Source of the DNA: a virus
Reading direction: 5' to 3' (one strand)
Length of the DNA: 55,920 nt
IMG/VR virus record: IMGVR_UViG_3300006143_000014
Coordinates: 1 to 55,920 of that record
This document shows positions 34,009 through 43,398 of the stretch, in pieces (positions within the stretch are counted from its first letter, which is position 1; each line of letters starts with the position of its first letter). The notes beneath the pieces were generated by a model. The model had not been told where the DNA came from. It saw only the letters and a list, made by a program, of their open reading frames with translations, and ran no database searches. A program made the translations under genes and the position numbers.

Positions 34009-34021
34009 TTTTTATCCCTCC

Positions 34022-34369
34022 TTAAACCGCGTCGTCGGCGTTCACGCCGATGTTCTCGCGGAACGTGATGGCAGGCAAGATTCCCTTCATGGTCTCCGCC
34101 GTGGCGGTGGCACCGCTGTGCTCCTTGCACTTGGCCCAGTCCACAATGCCGGACACCACAAGGGCGCAGTTGGGGTTGGCGGTGGGGTCCACGTCGTACA
34201 GCAGAATGCCGGCGGCCCCGGTCCCGGCGGGGGCGGCGGCACCGGCCAAAGTGACGGGCATCCCGGCCTTTACGGCATCAGTCCCGCTAATCTTGGCGGG
34301 GATGGCCTTGAACCTATCGGATGCAAGAATTTCAACCGTCCCGCCCACGCTGGTGGTTTTCATCTTCAT
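34022..34369 (-). CDS. Capsid-associated / decoration-type protein, 115 aa
   Basis: Lies between the scaffold and major capsid genes. Its Ala/Gly-rich beta-type composition resembles DUF2190-like proteins. Confidence 0.55.
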   Translation of the reverse strand: MKMKTTSVGGTVEILASDRFKAIPAKISGTDAVKAGMPVTLAGAAAPAGTGAAGILLYDVDPTANPNCALVVSGIVDWAKCKEHSGATATAETMKGILPAITFRENIGVNADDAV

Positions 34370-34389
34370 GTGTGGGTTTCAGCTCCTTT

Positions 34390-34986
34390 TCAAAGTAAAA
34401 ATTTTTTCAGATTTTCGCTGCCCGCCGACATGGCGGCTGCCCTCTGCTTGGCCCGGTCTCGGGCAAACTTCACGTTGTCCGGCTCACCATCACCTGTTCC
34501 ACCGGCCCCACCGGGCTTGGGGTCGCCCTTCACCAGCTCGGCCTTGATCTGCTTCTCGTGCTCCTCGTTGGCCTTCTGCTGGTTGACAAACACCTTGTCC
34601 ATGTCGCCCGCCGCCATGGCCTTAGCGGTCTCCTCGGCCAGCTTCTCGTCGAAACCGGGCATGGCAAGGTACTTGGCCTTGTAGATGGACTCCGTGCGCT
34701 CCTTCTGGAGCTTTTCGTTGTCCGCCTGAAGCGCGGCCATCTGCTCCTTCAGTCCGTTCAGCTCCGCCGCCCGCTCAGCGGCAGCGGCCTCCTCCTCGGT
34801 CATCTTGCCTTGCAGCTGCTTCTTCAGAGCGGCGGCCTCAGAGGAATACTTGTCCGCCGTGGCCTTGGGCACATACTGGGTCAGATCCACTTTGTCCGGG
34901 ATGTCCAGCTTGAGCAGGGCCTCTACCTTCTGCTCGGGGGTGAGGGCGTCGAAGCCCTCGATGGTGGAAGTGTCGATGTTCGCCAT
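34390..34986 (-). CDS. Scaffolding protein (GP20-like), 198 aa
   Basis: ATG at 34986 lies behind AAAGGAGAA. Long coiled coil. Position upstream of the capsid gene. Confidence 0.8.
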   Translation of the reverse strand: MANIDTSTIEGFDALTPEQKVEALLKLDIPDKVDLTQYVPKATADKYSSEAAALKKQLQGKMTEEEAAAAERAAELNGLKEQMAALQADNEKLQKERTESIYKAKYLAMPGFDEKLAEETAKAMAAGDMDKVFVNQQKANEEHEKQIKAELVKGDPKPGGAGGTGDGEPDNVKFARDRAKQRAAAMSAGSENLKKFLL

Positions 34987-35214
34987 AACAATTTCTCCTT
35001 TGCGTTTTTTGGTGGGCGTTCTCTCGCCCGTGCTGCGCTTGATTATCCTGGCATCTCCGCCAGCTTGCGAAACTTGTACCGCCCCTTCTCTGGGGCCTAT
35101 TTGAACGGCGTTGCCGCTTAAATACAAAAAGCGTGGTCACTCACCCATTTCTGGATGAATAACCACGCTCGGTCGTTACGCTGAAACGCTTGTCAGCGCC
35201 AAATTGTATTTAGT

Positions 35215-35457
35215 TTATAGAACTCGAACTTCATTCCTTCTGCCTGAGTATGCGTTGAAAACAAGAGTCTTGCCATGTATTTCGTTCAAGTATGCTTCAC
35301 ATGCGTCTTCAAATGTTTTCCCGGTTCCATATGTCCCTTTCAAAAAATATCCTTCTTTTACTTCACAATGTTCATAAGAAACTGCAACTTCACCGTTAGG
35401 GATTTTCCAAACTTCTATTCTTTCTCCTAGAGAAAGCAAAATATTTTCTGCTGTCAT
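35215..35457 (-). CDS. Hypothetical protein, 80 aa
   Basis: ORF in an AT-richer block, with an ATGA overlap to the upstream ORF. Confidence 0.5.
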   Translation of the reverse strand: MTAENILLSLGERIEVWKIPNGEVAVSYEHCEVKEGYFLKGTYGTGKTFEDACEAYLNEIHGKTLVFNAYSGRRNEVRVL

Positions 35458-35576
35458 TTTTTTACTTCCTCCCTCCGCACTCGCACGACTTTCACGCCGT
35501 CCTTGATTGGGATAAGTTCCACGCGCTCACCTTTCGCAAGGACAGCTTCTGCGGCTTTGATGGTCTTTTCATCCAC
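35454..35576 (-). CDS. Small protein, 40 aa; paralog-like to 38962..39099
   Basis: GTG start. VDEKTIKAAEAVLAKGERVELIPIKDGVKVVRVRREEVKK. Confidence 0.4.
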   Translation of the reverse strand: MDEKTIKAAEAVLAKGERVELIPIKDGVKVVRVRREEVKK

Positions 35577-35964
35577 CAAACGACACCTCCCCGCCCATAA
35601 ACTTCACGTCCTCCAACTTCACGCCGGTGAAAGAATAGTTGACTTGCTTCTCTCTATCGAAAATGTGGAGCTGATATCCACCATTGATTGACGGTACATT
35701 CAAACCGCCAATACTAGTGGTGTTTAGCTCTAGTTTCACCAATTCCCCGGTGAAGCCGTTGTAGGTTACTTGCATGGTGGCGGCCTCCTTTTTGGTCGAT
35801 TTCAAAGTTGTGGGTGGTTCATATTGTCTATCCCATTGATAATTGCAGTCACAGCAGAAAAAGTGCAGCATGAGAGGCTTACCAACCAACGCACAAACCG
35901 GGTCTTGCGCAACTTTGTTACTCAAACATTTTGGACACGGATATGTTACTGGAATATAGTCCAT
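35569..35964 (-). CDS. Hypothetical protein with N-terminal zinc ribbon, 131 aa
   Basis: CPKC...CCDC. AT-richer block. Confidence 0.5.
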   Translation of the reverse strand: MDYIPVTYPCPKCLSNKVAQDPVCALVGKPLMLHFFCCDCNYQWDRQYEPPTTLKSTKKEAATMQVTYNGFTGELVKLELNTTSIGGLNVPSINGGYQLHIFDREKQVNYSFTGVKLEDVKFMGGEVSFGG

Positions 35965-35969
35965 TTCTA

Positions 35970-36635
35970 TTACTCCTTAACCGCTTCTAGCCAACAACGA
36001 CAGCCATAATGCGGCTTTACTGGCACTTTGTCGATTGGGTAAACCTCTTTGTCCCGGGGGCCGCAGACCTCACAGACTTTGCCGTCATCTTCTGTGCGCC
36101 AGCGGACTTTCTTCACTCCAGCGTCCTGATATGATTTCAGGGTGGCTTCATCGGTAATCCGATCAGTCATATGCCCGGACATCCGCGCCCAGTATTTCAG
36201 CGCCCTCCGGAACTCCTTAACTTTCCCCTTTGAAGCTACCACGCTCTCTATTGCATAGTCCCGCTTGCGGTCTACCTCATGAGCGTATATGTACAGCGCA
36301 ACTGGGTCGTAGCTGTCCATCAGAGCCAGCAGCCAGCTCATGTCAGGCTCTTTCTTCCCGTGAGGCTGTGCGTCCTGATAGGCCATCACAGCAAGGTCAA
36401 AAAACGCTTTCTTGTTGTCCGCCGCAAGGTCTTTGTAGAGAGCGGTCAGCACCTTAATGACGTTCAGCTCGTCGATATGAAGGAGATTGCAGTCACGTTT
36501 TGCCTTGTCAAACCGGCGGATCGCTTTGCGGTTTAGGATTTTGGAGGCTCGGTCGGAGAGTTCGTATGGGTTCCCACCCAAATTAAATCCCTCCATGCTG
36601 AAAGCATGTTGCAATGTATTCGGAAACGTAAGCAT
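35970..36635 (-). CDS. Minor head protein (Mu F / SPP1 gp7 family)
   Basis: The C-terminal VRWRTEDDGKVCEVCGPRDKEVYPIDKVPVKPHYGCRCWLEAV signature. The start is uncertain. Confidence 0.85.
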   Translation of the reverse strand: MLTFPNTLQHAFSMEGFNLGGNPYELSDRASKILNRKAIRRFDKAKRDCNLLHIDELNVIKVLTALYKDLAADNKKAFFDLAVMAYQDAQPHGKKEPDMSWLLALMDSYDPVALYIYAHEVDRKRDYAIESVVASKGKVKEFRRALKYWARMSGHMTDRITDEATLKSYQDAGVKKVRWRTEDDGKVCEVCGPRDKEVYPIDKVPVKPHYGCRCWLEAVKE

Positions 36636-36843
36636 TAAGTAAAATTTTCAGTTTTCTTTTATCGCTATCGCTTTCAAGGCTAAACTGCTTGATTGCCATG
36701 TCAATTACAGCCTCCATCCCGCCAAAATCGGTAATAGGCATATAATATGGGCAAGTATCTGTACATTCGCACTCGTCCACATTTATTTCCCCGTGTTGCA
36801 TAGGGCAAAGTGACCCGCTGCATTTTTGTTGTTTCTTTTCCAT
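36583..36843 (-). CDS. Cys-rich hypothetical protein, 86 aa
   Basis: MEKKQQKCSGSLCPMQHGEINVDECECTDTCPYY.... Confidence 0.5.
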   Translation of the reverse strand: MEKKQQKCSGSLCPMQHGEINVDECECTDTCPYYMPITDFGGMEAVIDMAIKQFSLESDSDKRKLKILLNAYVSEYIATCFQHGGI

Positions 36844-36847
36844 TACA

Positions 36848-37072
36848 CTAACCCACAACTGCGTTTCTCTGATATTCCAATTCTTCGTCGTTTAGATGCT
36901 TGTGTCTGACCATGTATCTTTGAATTTCGTTTTCTTGATAGTTTTTAATGCAATTTAACTCTCGTACATAAATATCATGTGTCGTTCCTGTGGTGTTTCC
37001 AATCCATGATTTGACGACAACACCAATTAAAGTTTCTTCAACAACTACAATATCGCCAAAGCAAAACTTCAT
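36848..37072 (-). CDS. Hypothetical protein, 74 aa
   Basis: ATG at 37072 forms an ATGA overlap with the upstream stop. Confidence 0.5.
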   Translation of the reverse strand: MKFCFGDIVVVEETLIGVVVKSWIGNTTGTTHDIYVRELNCIKNYQENEIQRYMVRHKHLNDEELEYQRNAVVG

Positions 37073-37419
37073 ACCGCTCCCGCCTTTTCCCACGCCTTGT
37101 AAATTTTCGGGCCTTGCAAAGCAATCCAATCCACCATTTCCTCGTTTTTGGCCCAGCAATCTGTTGATTGCGAGTTCGATTGCAAGCCGCTTTCGTTGAA
37201 GAACGCATGAACGATTTCATGGCGAAGATTACACCGCTTTAATTCATCTTTTTCGCGGTCAGAATCCTCACACCTGTCAAGGTTCGCAATGACGATTTCC
37301 CTTGCGGCGGCGCTACAGTAACCGCCGCAATCGCCAACGTTTACACCCATTGCGGCGCACACTTCCTCATCATTTTTGAACATGATGGTATACTCAGTCC
37401 CCAAAATGTTGATTGTCAT
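37069..37419 (-). CDS. HExxH zinc-metallopeptidase-like protein, 116 aa
   Basis: The HEIVHAF motif. It lies directly after the portal gene. Confidence 0.65.
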   Translation of the reverse strand: MTINILGTEYTIMFKNDEEVCAAMGVNVGDCGGYCSAAAREIVIANLDRCEDSDREKDELKRCNLRHEIVHAFFNESGLQSNSQSTDCWAKNEEMVDWIALQGPKIYKAWEKAGAV

Positions 37420-38864
37420 TCCTCTGTCACTTCCCCGCTGCCCTCATTTCCGGGCGCATTTTCCGCCGGCTGCTGCCGTTCCATCTGCCGCTCCAGCTCC
37501 GCTTGCTCTGCCTGGTAATTCTCCATAGAAATGCGATACCATTCCTCGGCGTTGGGCATACCGGAGATAATCCACGGGATTTTCGGGTGAATCTTGTCGT
37601 TGTTCAGCCCCTCGCAGAGAATCTGCATCCGGCTCTGCATATTTGACAGGTTGTTCCGGGTGTGCTCAATTTTGATGTCGGACACTGCCAAATCAAGGTT
37701 GGTCGTCGTCCGGCAGATGTAGAGGGCGATTTTCAGGAATTGGCGCTCTGAACGGTTGAACATCTTCTCGGTGTCCTCGGCCCGGCTTTCCGCCGCCTGC
37801 CACCCATCCCGCATGATGGTGGCCCGGCCCGTGTCGCTGGTGGAGCTGCCGCCGTTGCGGTTGGGCATCCCGCAGATGGTGAGCACCGCGTCGTACAGGT
37901 CGTCTACGATGGTCTGCGCCCCGCCCTGGTCCAGTTGGCCGTCTACCCGGTAGACCTTGGCGGGCTTGGAGGGGTCGCTGGAAATCATCAGTCCCAGCTT
38001 TTCCTTCAGCTCTTTGGCCTGCTCCTCGTCAATTTGGCAGTTCTCAAAAATGAGAATACTCTGGACGAACTGCTGGATATCGTCCACCCGGCTGCTCTCC
38101 ATGGTGTTGATGGCGTTCAGGAGCGGCAGAACCGGCTCAAAAGCCCCCATCCGAGCGCTGTTGTTTTCATACTCAATGACAGGAATGTAGGGAATTGTCC
38201 GGGGCTTATGGTTCTGGATTTTTCCTTCCTTGACCTCGCAGTAAAACTCCGTGGTATACACGCAGCTCATCCACTGCCCGTCCTCATCCTTCTGCCGGAT
38301 GACGCCCGCCAGGGGCTTGCGCCCAATGCCGCTGTGGTAGATGACAAAGGCTTCTCTTGGGTCCAGGCTGTAGACCGCGAAGGGCGAACCGTTTTCTTCC
38401 GGCTGGTCATCCACTGTCACCATCCGCACACCCACGCCGCAGATGTGCATCCAGTCCACGATCTCTTTGTCCAGGGAAACCTTGTCCACGGCGGTCATAT
38501 GCCCGTTGAGCTGCTTGACGCTCTTGGAGGTAGAGTCGCTCCCGCCGTTGGCAATGTACTGGATGGGCTCATCCAGAAAGTACGCTGATTTGAACGTGAC
38601 GATCTCATTGGCCCGGTTTACTACGACCTTGTTGTTGATTTCCGGGCGGACCTGCTTCTGCTTGCAGCGGATGTCCTGCTTGCCCCGAAAGAAGTCGTAG
38701 AGATATTGAATTTCCACCCGGTTTGTCTGATGGGTGGAGTATGCCTTGCCGACCACCTCCGCCACGTTGTCCGGCGTGATCTCCTTCTTGTCGGCGTAAA
38801 TGCGCCTCCTACCGTGCAGGCCATCATCGGACCACCGTTCCATTACGCGTTCACGTTCCGACAC
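37416..38864 (-). CDS. Portal protein (SPP1 gp6-like)
   Basis: Size, position after terL, and a conserved central region. Confidence 0.9.
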   Translation of the reverse strand: MSERERVMERWSDDGLHGRRRIYADKKEITPDNVAEVVGKAYSTHQTNRVEIQYLYDFFRGKQDIRCKQKQVRPEINNKVVVNRANEIVTFKSAYFLDEPIQYIANGGSDSTSKSVKQLNGHMTAVDKVSLDKEIVDWMHICGVGVRMVTVDDQPEENGSPFAVYSLDPREAFVIYHSGIGRKPLAGVIRQKDEDGQWMSCVYTTEFYCEVKEGKIQNHKPRTIPYIPVIEYENNSARMGAFEPVLPLLNAINTMESSRVDDIQQFVQSILIFENCQIDEEQAKELKEKLGLMISSDPSKPAKVYRVDGQLDQGGAQTIVDDLYDAVLTICGMPNRNGGSSTSDTGRATIMRDGWQAAESRAEDTEKMFNRSERQFLKIALYICRTTTNLDLAVSDIKIEHTRNNLSNMQSRMQILCEGLNNDKIHPKIPWIISGMPNAEEWYRISMENYQAEQAELERQMERQQPAENAPGNEGSGEVTEE

Positions 38865-38878
38865 TCCACCACCTCCAG

Positions 38879-38937
38879 AAAAACAAAAAGAGGGCCAACT
38901 ACCGAGAAATACTCGGTAATTGACCCTGTGGCCCTCT
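38879..38937 (-). terminator. Terminator-like branched hairpin with U-tract between terL and portal
   Basis: AGAGGGCCA...TGGCCCTCT encloses TACCGAG-aaata-CTCGGTA. It is followed on the minus strand by TTTTTGTTTTT. Confidence 0.5.
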
Positions 38938-38961
38938 CTTCCAACGCCAGTGCGTTGGCGC

Positions 38962-39099
38962 TCAAGATATTTTCTTCTTCGCGACCATGATGACGGTGAC
39001 TTCTCCGTTTTCCTGGTGAACGACCGCCTCTGTCCTTCCTTTATGGTTCAAAGCCTTTTCGATAGCCTCAATATGCCGAGGCGTCAGTTTTACCGCCAT
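38962..39099 (-). CDS. Small protein, 45 aa
   Basis: ATG at 39099 lies behind GGAGG. MAVKLTPRHIEAIEKALNHKGRTEAVVHQENGEVTVIMVAKKKIS. Confidence 0.45.
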   Translation of the reverse strand: MAVKLTPRHIEAIEKALNHKGRTEAVVHQENGEVTVIMVAKKKIS

Positions 39100-39197
39100 A
39101 GCGCCGCCTCCATACAGCTTCCAGAATTGTATCTTATGTTACAATCTGATTCTACCCCATTTCCGTCTGGAAGTCAAGCCACTTGTTCGATTTTTTA

Positions 39198-40820
39198 TCA
39201 GAATGGCCGCTGGAACACGTCAACTTTCGTCCCGCCGTGATAAATCTCATCCGCCAGCATGGCAAGGGAGTCGCAGGCATCGTCATGAGGGTTCTTCCCC
39301 GTCTGAACGAACGTAGTCACTTCCCGCATAAAAGCTCGGTACTCCTTGCTCCTGTGTTTATCATCCAGAAAATAAAATTTCTTGATATCGGGTGCAAATT
39401 GAATGATTCTTGCCAGCTTTGATTGTGTGTTTGGTGCTTTTCGGGTGGTAATGTTCATCTGATACCCACCTTTTCTCAATTCTTCATCCACATGGTCCGC
39501 ATACTCAGCGCCGCCGTTGTTCGCCTCAAACCTGGCATGGTGGAGAGCGTGCTGTTTTGCTCGTCCTACTACAACGGGGTAGGTCACTGTCTTGTCCCCC
39601 TGGTTGAACACGACGTCGTGGATATAGACTCTATCGCCAAATTTATAAGCAATCGGCATGGAAAGGCTGTCCCCACCTCCCCACGCTACGTCGCATACCG
39701 CCAATCTTTCCAACTCTCCATCCGGCAGAACACCGTTATAGGTCAGAAGCTCGTCCTCCGGGAACAAAAGCCCCTCCCGAATATACGGATTTCCCTTGTA
39801 CTTTGCGTTCCACGTGGCATCGTCAATACTTTCTTTCATGTCCTGATAATAAGCTGTGTCAAATCCAAGATTGTATTTGTAATTAAAATTGCTCTCGTTA
39901 TCGTCATTCAAAGCTGGTATCACTCGAAAACGGTATCTATCATTATCAGCATACTGCTCTTGAATGCGGCCCAGCGGATCGAAAACATTCCACCGAGTTC
40001 CGACCATTAATTCAAGCGCTCCCAACTTCTTGCGGTCTTTCAGTTGATTCAGGTATGCGTCATACTTTGCTTGAAGTCGGAGAGGGTTCAGACTTTCCTC
40101 CAAGTCCTCAATCAAGTCGTCACAATAAAGCACGCCGCCAGTCCCGATCTCCACAGCGCCGGTCAGTGTTCCGCCGATAGACCGGCACGTCATGGTTGGG
40201 AAACGTTTCTTCTTCACAAGATCTATCGTTTCATTCTTCGCGGAGGTGTCCACGACCTTGACCCCGGGGAACACATCTTCCCATAGATATGTTTCCTTGT
40301 CGTTCAGAATGGACAGCAGTTCCCGGTAAAACCCGTCTGTCAGTTTGTCGGAATGGCCTGACATGACGCTTGCGGCATCCGGGTTTCGCCCCATTATCCA
40401 GGTCATGAAGAAAATCCCAAGCGTTGATTTTCCGACCCGAGGCGGCAACGATATTCCCAGGAAATCCAACTTCCCATCCGCAAGGTCTTGAAGATCGTCC
40501 ACCAGTACCTTCAAAACGTGACGCCTTGGCAAATAGAACATCTTCTCCAACGGCCTGTCGCTCTCCACATAGCGGAGATATGCGTCAAAGTCATAGGGCG
40601 CATCAAACAGCAGCGCCCGCTTGTTCAGCTCAAACATCCGGGCGCTGCCCTGCTCTGCGGCGTACTTGGCCGACAGCCGCCGTATCTCCTTCCCCCTCCG
40701 GTGGGCCTCCTGAAAGTCTTCGGCTTCCAACAGCCGCACCGTCTCGAAATAGTCCCCCAGCGCCGAAGCGTCCGACAAATTCCGCCCCGCAGCTCTCTCT
40801 GTCAATGCCCTTATATCCAT
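39198..40820 (-). CDS. terL: Terminase large subunit
   Basis: Walker A-like PPRVGKST, a nuclease C-terminal half, and a TAATG overlap with the upstream RuvC-like gene. Confidence 0.9.
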   Translation of the reverse strand: MDIRALTERAAGRNLSDASALGDYFETVRLLEAEDFQEAHRRGKEIRRLSAKYAAEQGSARMFELNKRALLFDAPYDFDAYLRYVESDRPLEKMFYLPRRHVLKVLVDDLQDLADGKLDFLGISLPPRVGKSTLGIFFMTWIMGRNPDAASVMSGHSDKLTDGFYRELLSILNDKETYLWEDVFPGVKVVDTSAKNETIDLVKKKRFPTMTCRSIGGTLTGAVEIGTGGVLYCDDLIEDLEESLNPLRLQAKYDAYLNQLKDRKKLGALELMVGTRWNVFDPLGRIQEQYADNDRYRFRVIPALNDDNESNFNYKYNLGFDTAYYQDMKESIDDATWNAKYKGNPYIREGLLFPEDELLTYNGVLPDGELERLAVCDVAWGGGDSLSMPIAYKFGDRVYIHDVVFNQGDKTVTYPVVVGRAKQHALHHARFEANNGGAEYADHVDEELRKGGYQMNITTRKAPNTQSKLARIIQFAPDIKKFYFLDDKHRSKEYRAFMREVTTFVQTGKNPHDDACDSLAMLADEIYHGGTKVDVFQRPF

Positions 40821-41254
40821 TACAGCCGTCTCCTCGCCCACTCTGCCATCAAAAGTGCCTCTGCCATCCCATCATGGTCTTTCTTGCACCTGTCTGTCCA
40901 GCGCAGGCTCATGTCCGGGAACAGCCGCTTACACACGGCAATGGAGCTATTCTTGTCCCCGGTTACCTGAAACTCCTTCTTCCACTTTCCAGGCGTCACC
41001 AGCTCATATGGGATAGAGTAGGCGGTCAGAAGCCCCTGGATAAATCCGAAGTTCTCCCCGAACTTGAACATGGAGGTCACGCCCTGGCCCGGCATGGCTC
41101 CCACACGCTCCAGGCAGCATTTTGCATTCCCGCCAACATCGTGGAGAAGGTCACGGTATCGCTCCTCGTCAAACGTCACCACGTCAGCATTCCCATTCTC
41201 CCGGATAACTGCCATCGCCCCGTCCTTGCCAGGGTCTACGCCTATGTAGATCAT
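40820..41254 (-). CDS. RuvC-like Holliday junction resolvase, copy 1
   Basis: IYIGVDPGKDGA and DHDGMAEALLMA motifs. Paralog of 50467..50907. Confidence 0.8.
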   Translation of the reverse strand: MIYIGVDPGKDGAMAVIRENGNADVVTFDEERYRDLLHDVGGNAKCCLERVGAMPGQGVTSMFKFGENFGFIQGLLTAYSIPYELVTPGKWKKEFQVTGDKNSSIAVCKRLFPDMSLRWTDRCKKDHDGMAEALLMAEWARRRL

Positions 41255-41296
41255 ACATCGCTCCTTTTTTGATTTTGAAAAATTTTGGGAAACACG

Positions 41297-41851
41297 CTAT
41301 CCTCCACAGGACCGCAACTTCTGAATATCCTTCCATTCGCCACGGGCAAAGAACGCCGGATTAAACTGATACAACCCACGGTCCACCCGAAGGATAGCCC
41401 CGTATTTCACCAAATCAGACACAGCGTGGTTTATCTGGCTGATCTTCACTTGCAGCTCTCCCGCCGCCCTCTGCCGCATAGGGTTCCCAAATTCAAAGCA
41501 CGGGTCCCCGTTTGCGTAGGGCATCCGCCCCAAAAGCCACAGCAGCACAGGCCAGCAGTAAAGCGGTATTTCCCGCAGTCTGACCAGCCCATCCAGATAT
41601 AGCTTCAAATATGCGGGCTCACTCTGGGGCGCGGAGACATACACGGTGGACATACCCTTCACTTCTCCTGTTGTATCGTCCACCGAAATAACCGTCCGCA
41701 CAGGCCGCCCCACACTATCACCCCCGCCCAATTCTACCACTTCTTGCAGGATTTTCGCAATACTTGTTGCAGCCAAACCGCGTTTTCGTTGCAGGAATCC
41801 TGCAAGATGAAAAATCCTCGAATCCGTTGCGGCAGTAAGGCGGAAGCCCAT
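41297..41851 (-). CDS. Winged-helix protein, possibly RepL-like replication/maintenance protein
   Basis: ...QVKISQINHAVSDLVKYGAILRVDRGLYQFNPAFFARG is a wHTH pattern. The start may instead be ATG 41653. Confidence 0.45.
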   Translation of the reverse strand: MGFRLTAATDSRIFHLAGFLQRKRGLAATSIAKILQEVVELGGGDSVGRPVRTVISVDDTTGEVKGMSTVYVSAPQSEPAYLKLYLDGLVRLREIPLYCWPVLLWLLGRMPYANGDPCFEFGNPMRQRAAGELQVKISQINHAVSDLVKYGAILRVDRGLYQFNPAFFARGEWKDIQKLRSCGG

Positions 41852-41860
41852 TTTAGGGGG

Positions 41861-42163
41861 TCAATTCCCTTCTTTTCTATTATCGGACGTTTTTTCGCTG
41901 TTCGGCCCGCCCGCCGCCTCCACCTTCTTCCCCGCCTCATCTATCACGATCGGGTCCTCATACTCCAAGGCATGACGGCGTACTAAAAGGACATCATATC
42001 CAACAGCATTTGCCATGCGTATAAGCGATGATACCTTCATTTCGTTCCTGCTGATCGGCGTTGTCAAAGCAGTCGTACAACTATTTCCCGCTTTCTCAGC
42101 CATTTTTTTATACGTCAGCCCTGTCCTTTTGGACAGCTCTTTTAACGCTTCCGACAACGTCAT
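41861..42163 (-). CDS. HTH DNA-binding protein, 100 aa
   Basis: MTLSEALKELSKRTGLTYKKMAEKAGNS... is an HTH-like N-terminus. Confidence 0.55.
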   Translation of the reverse strand: MTLSEALKELSKRTGLTYKKMAEKAGNSCTTALTTPISRNEMKVSSLIRMANAVGYDVLLVRRHALEYEDPIVIDEAGKKVEAAGGPNSEKTSDNRKEGN

Positions 42164-42667
42164 GGCATCATCCCCCGTCTTTTATTGTATCACACTTTCG
42201 TATATTTTGCAACCTTTTTTGTTTTTCAGTAATTCAAGGGACTCACCAAGAAAATGGCCAGACCTTCATATCCCCCACGGGTGCCCGTTGCCCGAGCAAG
42301 CCGGAAAAGCCGCCAAAAAATTGGCTGATTTCAACGGCCCCAAGCCGAACTACTCAACAAAATCAGTATTTTGTTAAGTAATTCGGCCTTGTTTTGCGCC
42401 ACCATAGCCGCGGATTTGACGAAGTGCACAATAAATATGCGTTTGTATACCATCTTTTGCCCGCCGTTCCGCCTGATTGCAAGCATGGCGCAGAGCAAAA
42501 GCAAAAATCCCAAATGCTGGGAATATCCCCCGCTTTTTCCTCGCTGTGAGAATTGTATCATGGTTTACAATTCACCATATTGTAAACCAATCTGACAAAA
42601 CAGCTTACAAAATCACCCGAAGCAGTTTACAATATGCCCAACACAGTGCAAAAAAGAAGCCGGGGAA

Positions 42668-42862
42668 CTACTCCCCGGCTCTGTGCTGGTCTGTGCGCTG
42701 GTTGTCTCGCTCTATGGTTTCCTGTATGGCCCGCTTGATAAAGCCGTTGACGCTCTCGCCCTGGGCCTGTGCGTGGGCCTGGTCAGCTCTCCAGGCTTTC
42801 CTTGATGCGCTGGAGCATCTTCCCGATCTTTCTTTGGAAGGCGGCTTTGTTTTCGGTCTCAA
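42668..42862 (-). pseudogene. Possible decayed Arc/RHH paralog
   Basis: Only the C-terminal half (GESVNGFIKRAIQETIERDNQ) matches the paralogs at 42925..43155 and 43629..43811. Confidence 0.3.
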
Positions 42863-42932
42863 AATATTCGTTGAGTTCTTCCAGATCGTCCTTCTGAATA
42901 CGCAGATTGTCTTTCCACTGGTTATCAGTCAT
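42783..42932 (-). CDS. Small hypothetical protein, 49 aa
   Basis: ATG at 42932 overlaps the upstream stop. MTDNQWKDNLRIQKDDLEELNEYFETENK.... Confidence 0.4.
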   Translation of the reverse strand: MTDNQWKDNLRIQKDDLEELNEYFETENKAAFQRKIGKMLQRIKESLES

Positions 42933-43155
42933 TTGTAACGCCTCCATTTAAATTTCCTCCTGTCTGATTGTCTCGTTGCATGGTTTCGGAGATGGCACGT
43001 TTTAGAAATGCGTTGATAGATTCCCTCCGCTTGTCTGCGTGTGCCTTTATGATTGCCTTATCTCCTATGGGAAGCATAAGCGTTACACGGTCATACTTCC
43101 CGGCGTTGTACTGGTTATTGTAGGCAATCATCTTTTCTCTGTCCTTATATGCCAT
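42925..43155 (-). CDS. Arc/RHH-type small DNA-binding protein
   Basis: ...YDRVTLMLPIGDKAIIKAHADKRRESINAFLKRAISETMQRD has a strand-helix-helix pattern. Confidence 0.6.
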   Translation of the reverse strand: MAYKDREKMIAYNNQYNAGKYDRVTLMLPIGDKAIIKAHADKRRESINAFLKRAISETMQRDNQTGGNLNGGVTND

Positions 43156-43191
43156 GACATCACCTCTATAAAGTATTATAGCCCACAGTAG

Positions 43192-43273
43192 AACATTTCA
43201 CAATGTACTAAATAGACAAAATAATCCCATGAACATTGTGCAATATTCCATCTTGAAGAACATTTATAAATGT
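43192..43273. promoter_or_regulatory. Three operator-like palindromes ACATT-N4-AATGT
   Basis: Sites lie at 43192-43207, 43231-43246 (one mismatch) and 43258-43273, in the AT-rich divergent region. Confidence 0.5.
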
Positions 43274-43281
43274 GCTATCAT
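43253..43281 (+). promoter_or_regulatory. Promoter TTGAAG-17-TATCAT with TGc extended -10
   Basis: It overlaps the third palindrome. Confidence 0.45.
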
Positions 43282-43336
43282 ATAATTACAGCAAGGGACA
43301 ACACCCGAGCTAAAGTACCTTGAAATCTGAATAGGG

Positions 43337-43365
43337 TTTACACTCAATGCAAAACATGATATAAT
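43337..43365 (+). promoter_or_regulatory. Promoter TTTACA-17-TATAAT
   Basis: It lies 34 nt upstream of the 43399 ORF. Confidence 0.5.
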
Positions 43366-43398
43366 TCTCTTATCATCAAGCAGGAAGGAGGGATTACA

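Noticed and set aside
33025-34684. Plus-strand ORFs 33025..34068 (347 aa) and 33938..34684 (248 aa).
   Set aside because: They are antisense to the major capsid, decoration and scaffold genes. They show GC-rich shadow-frame composition.
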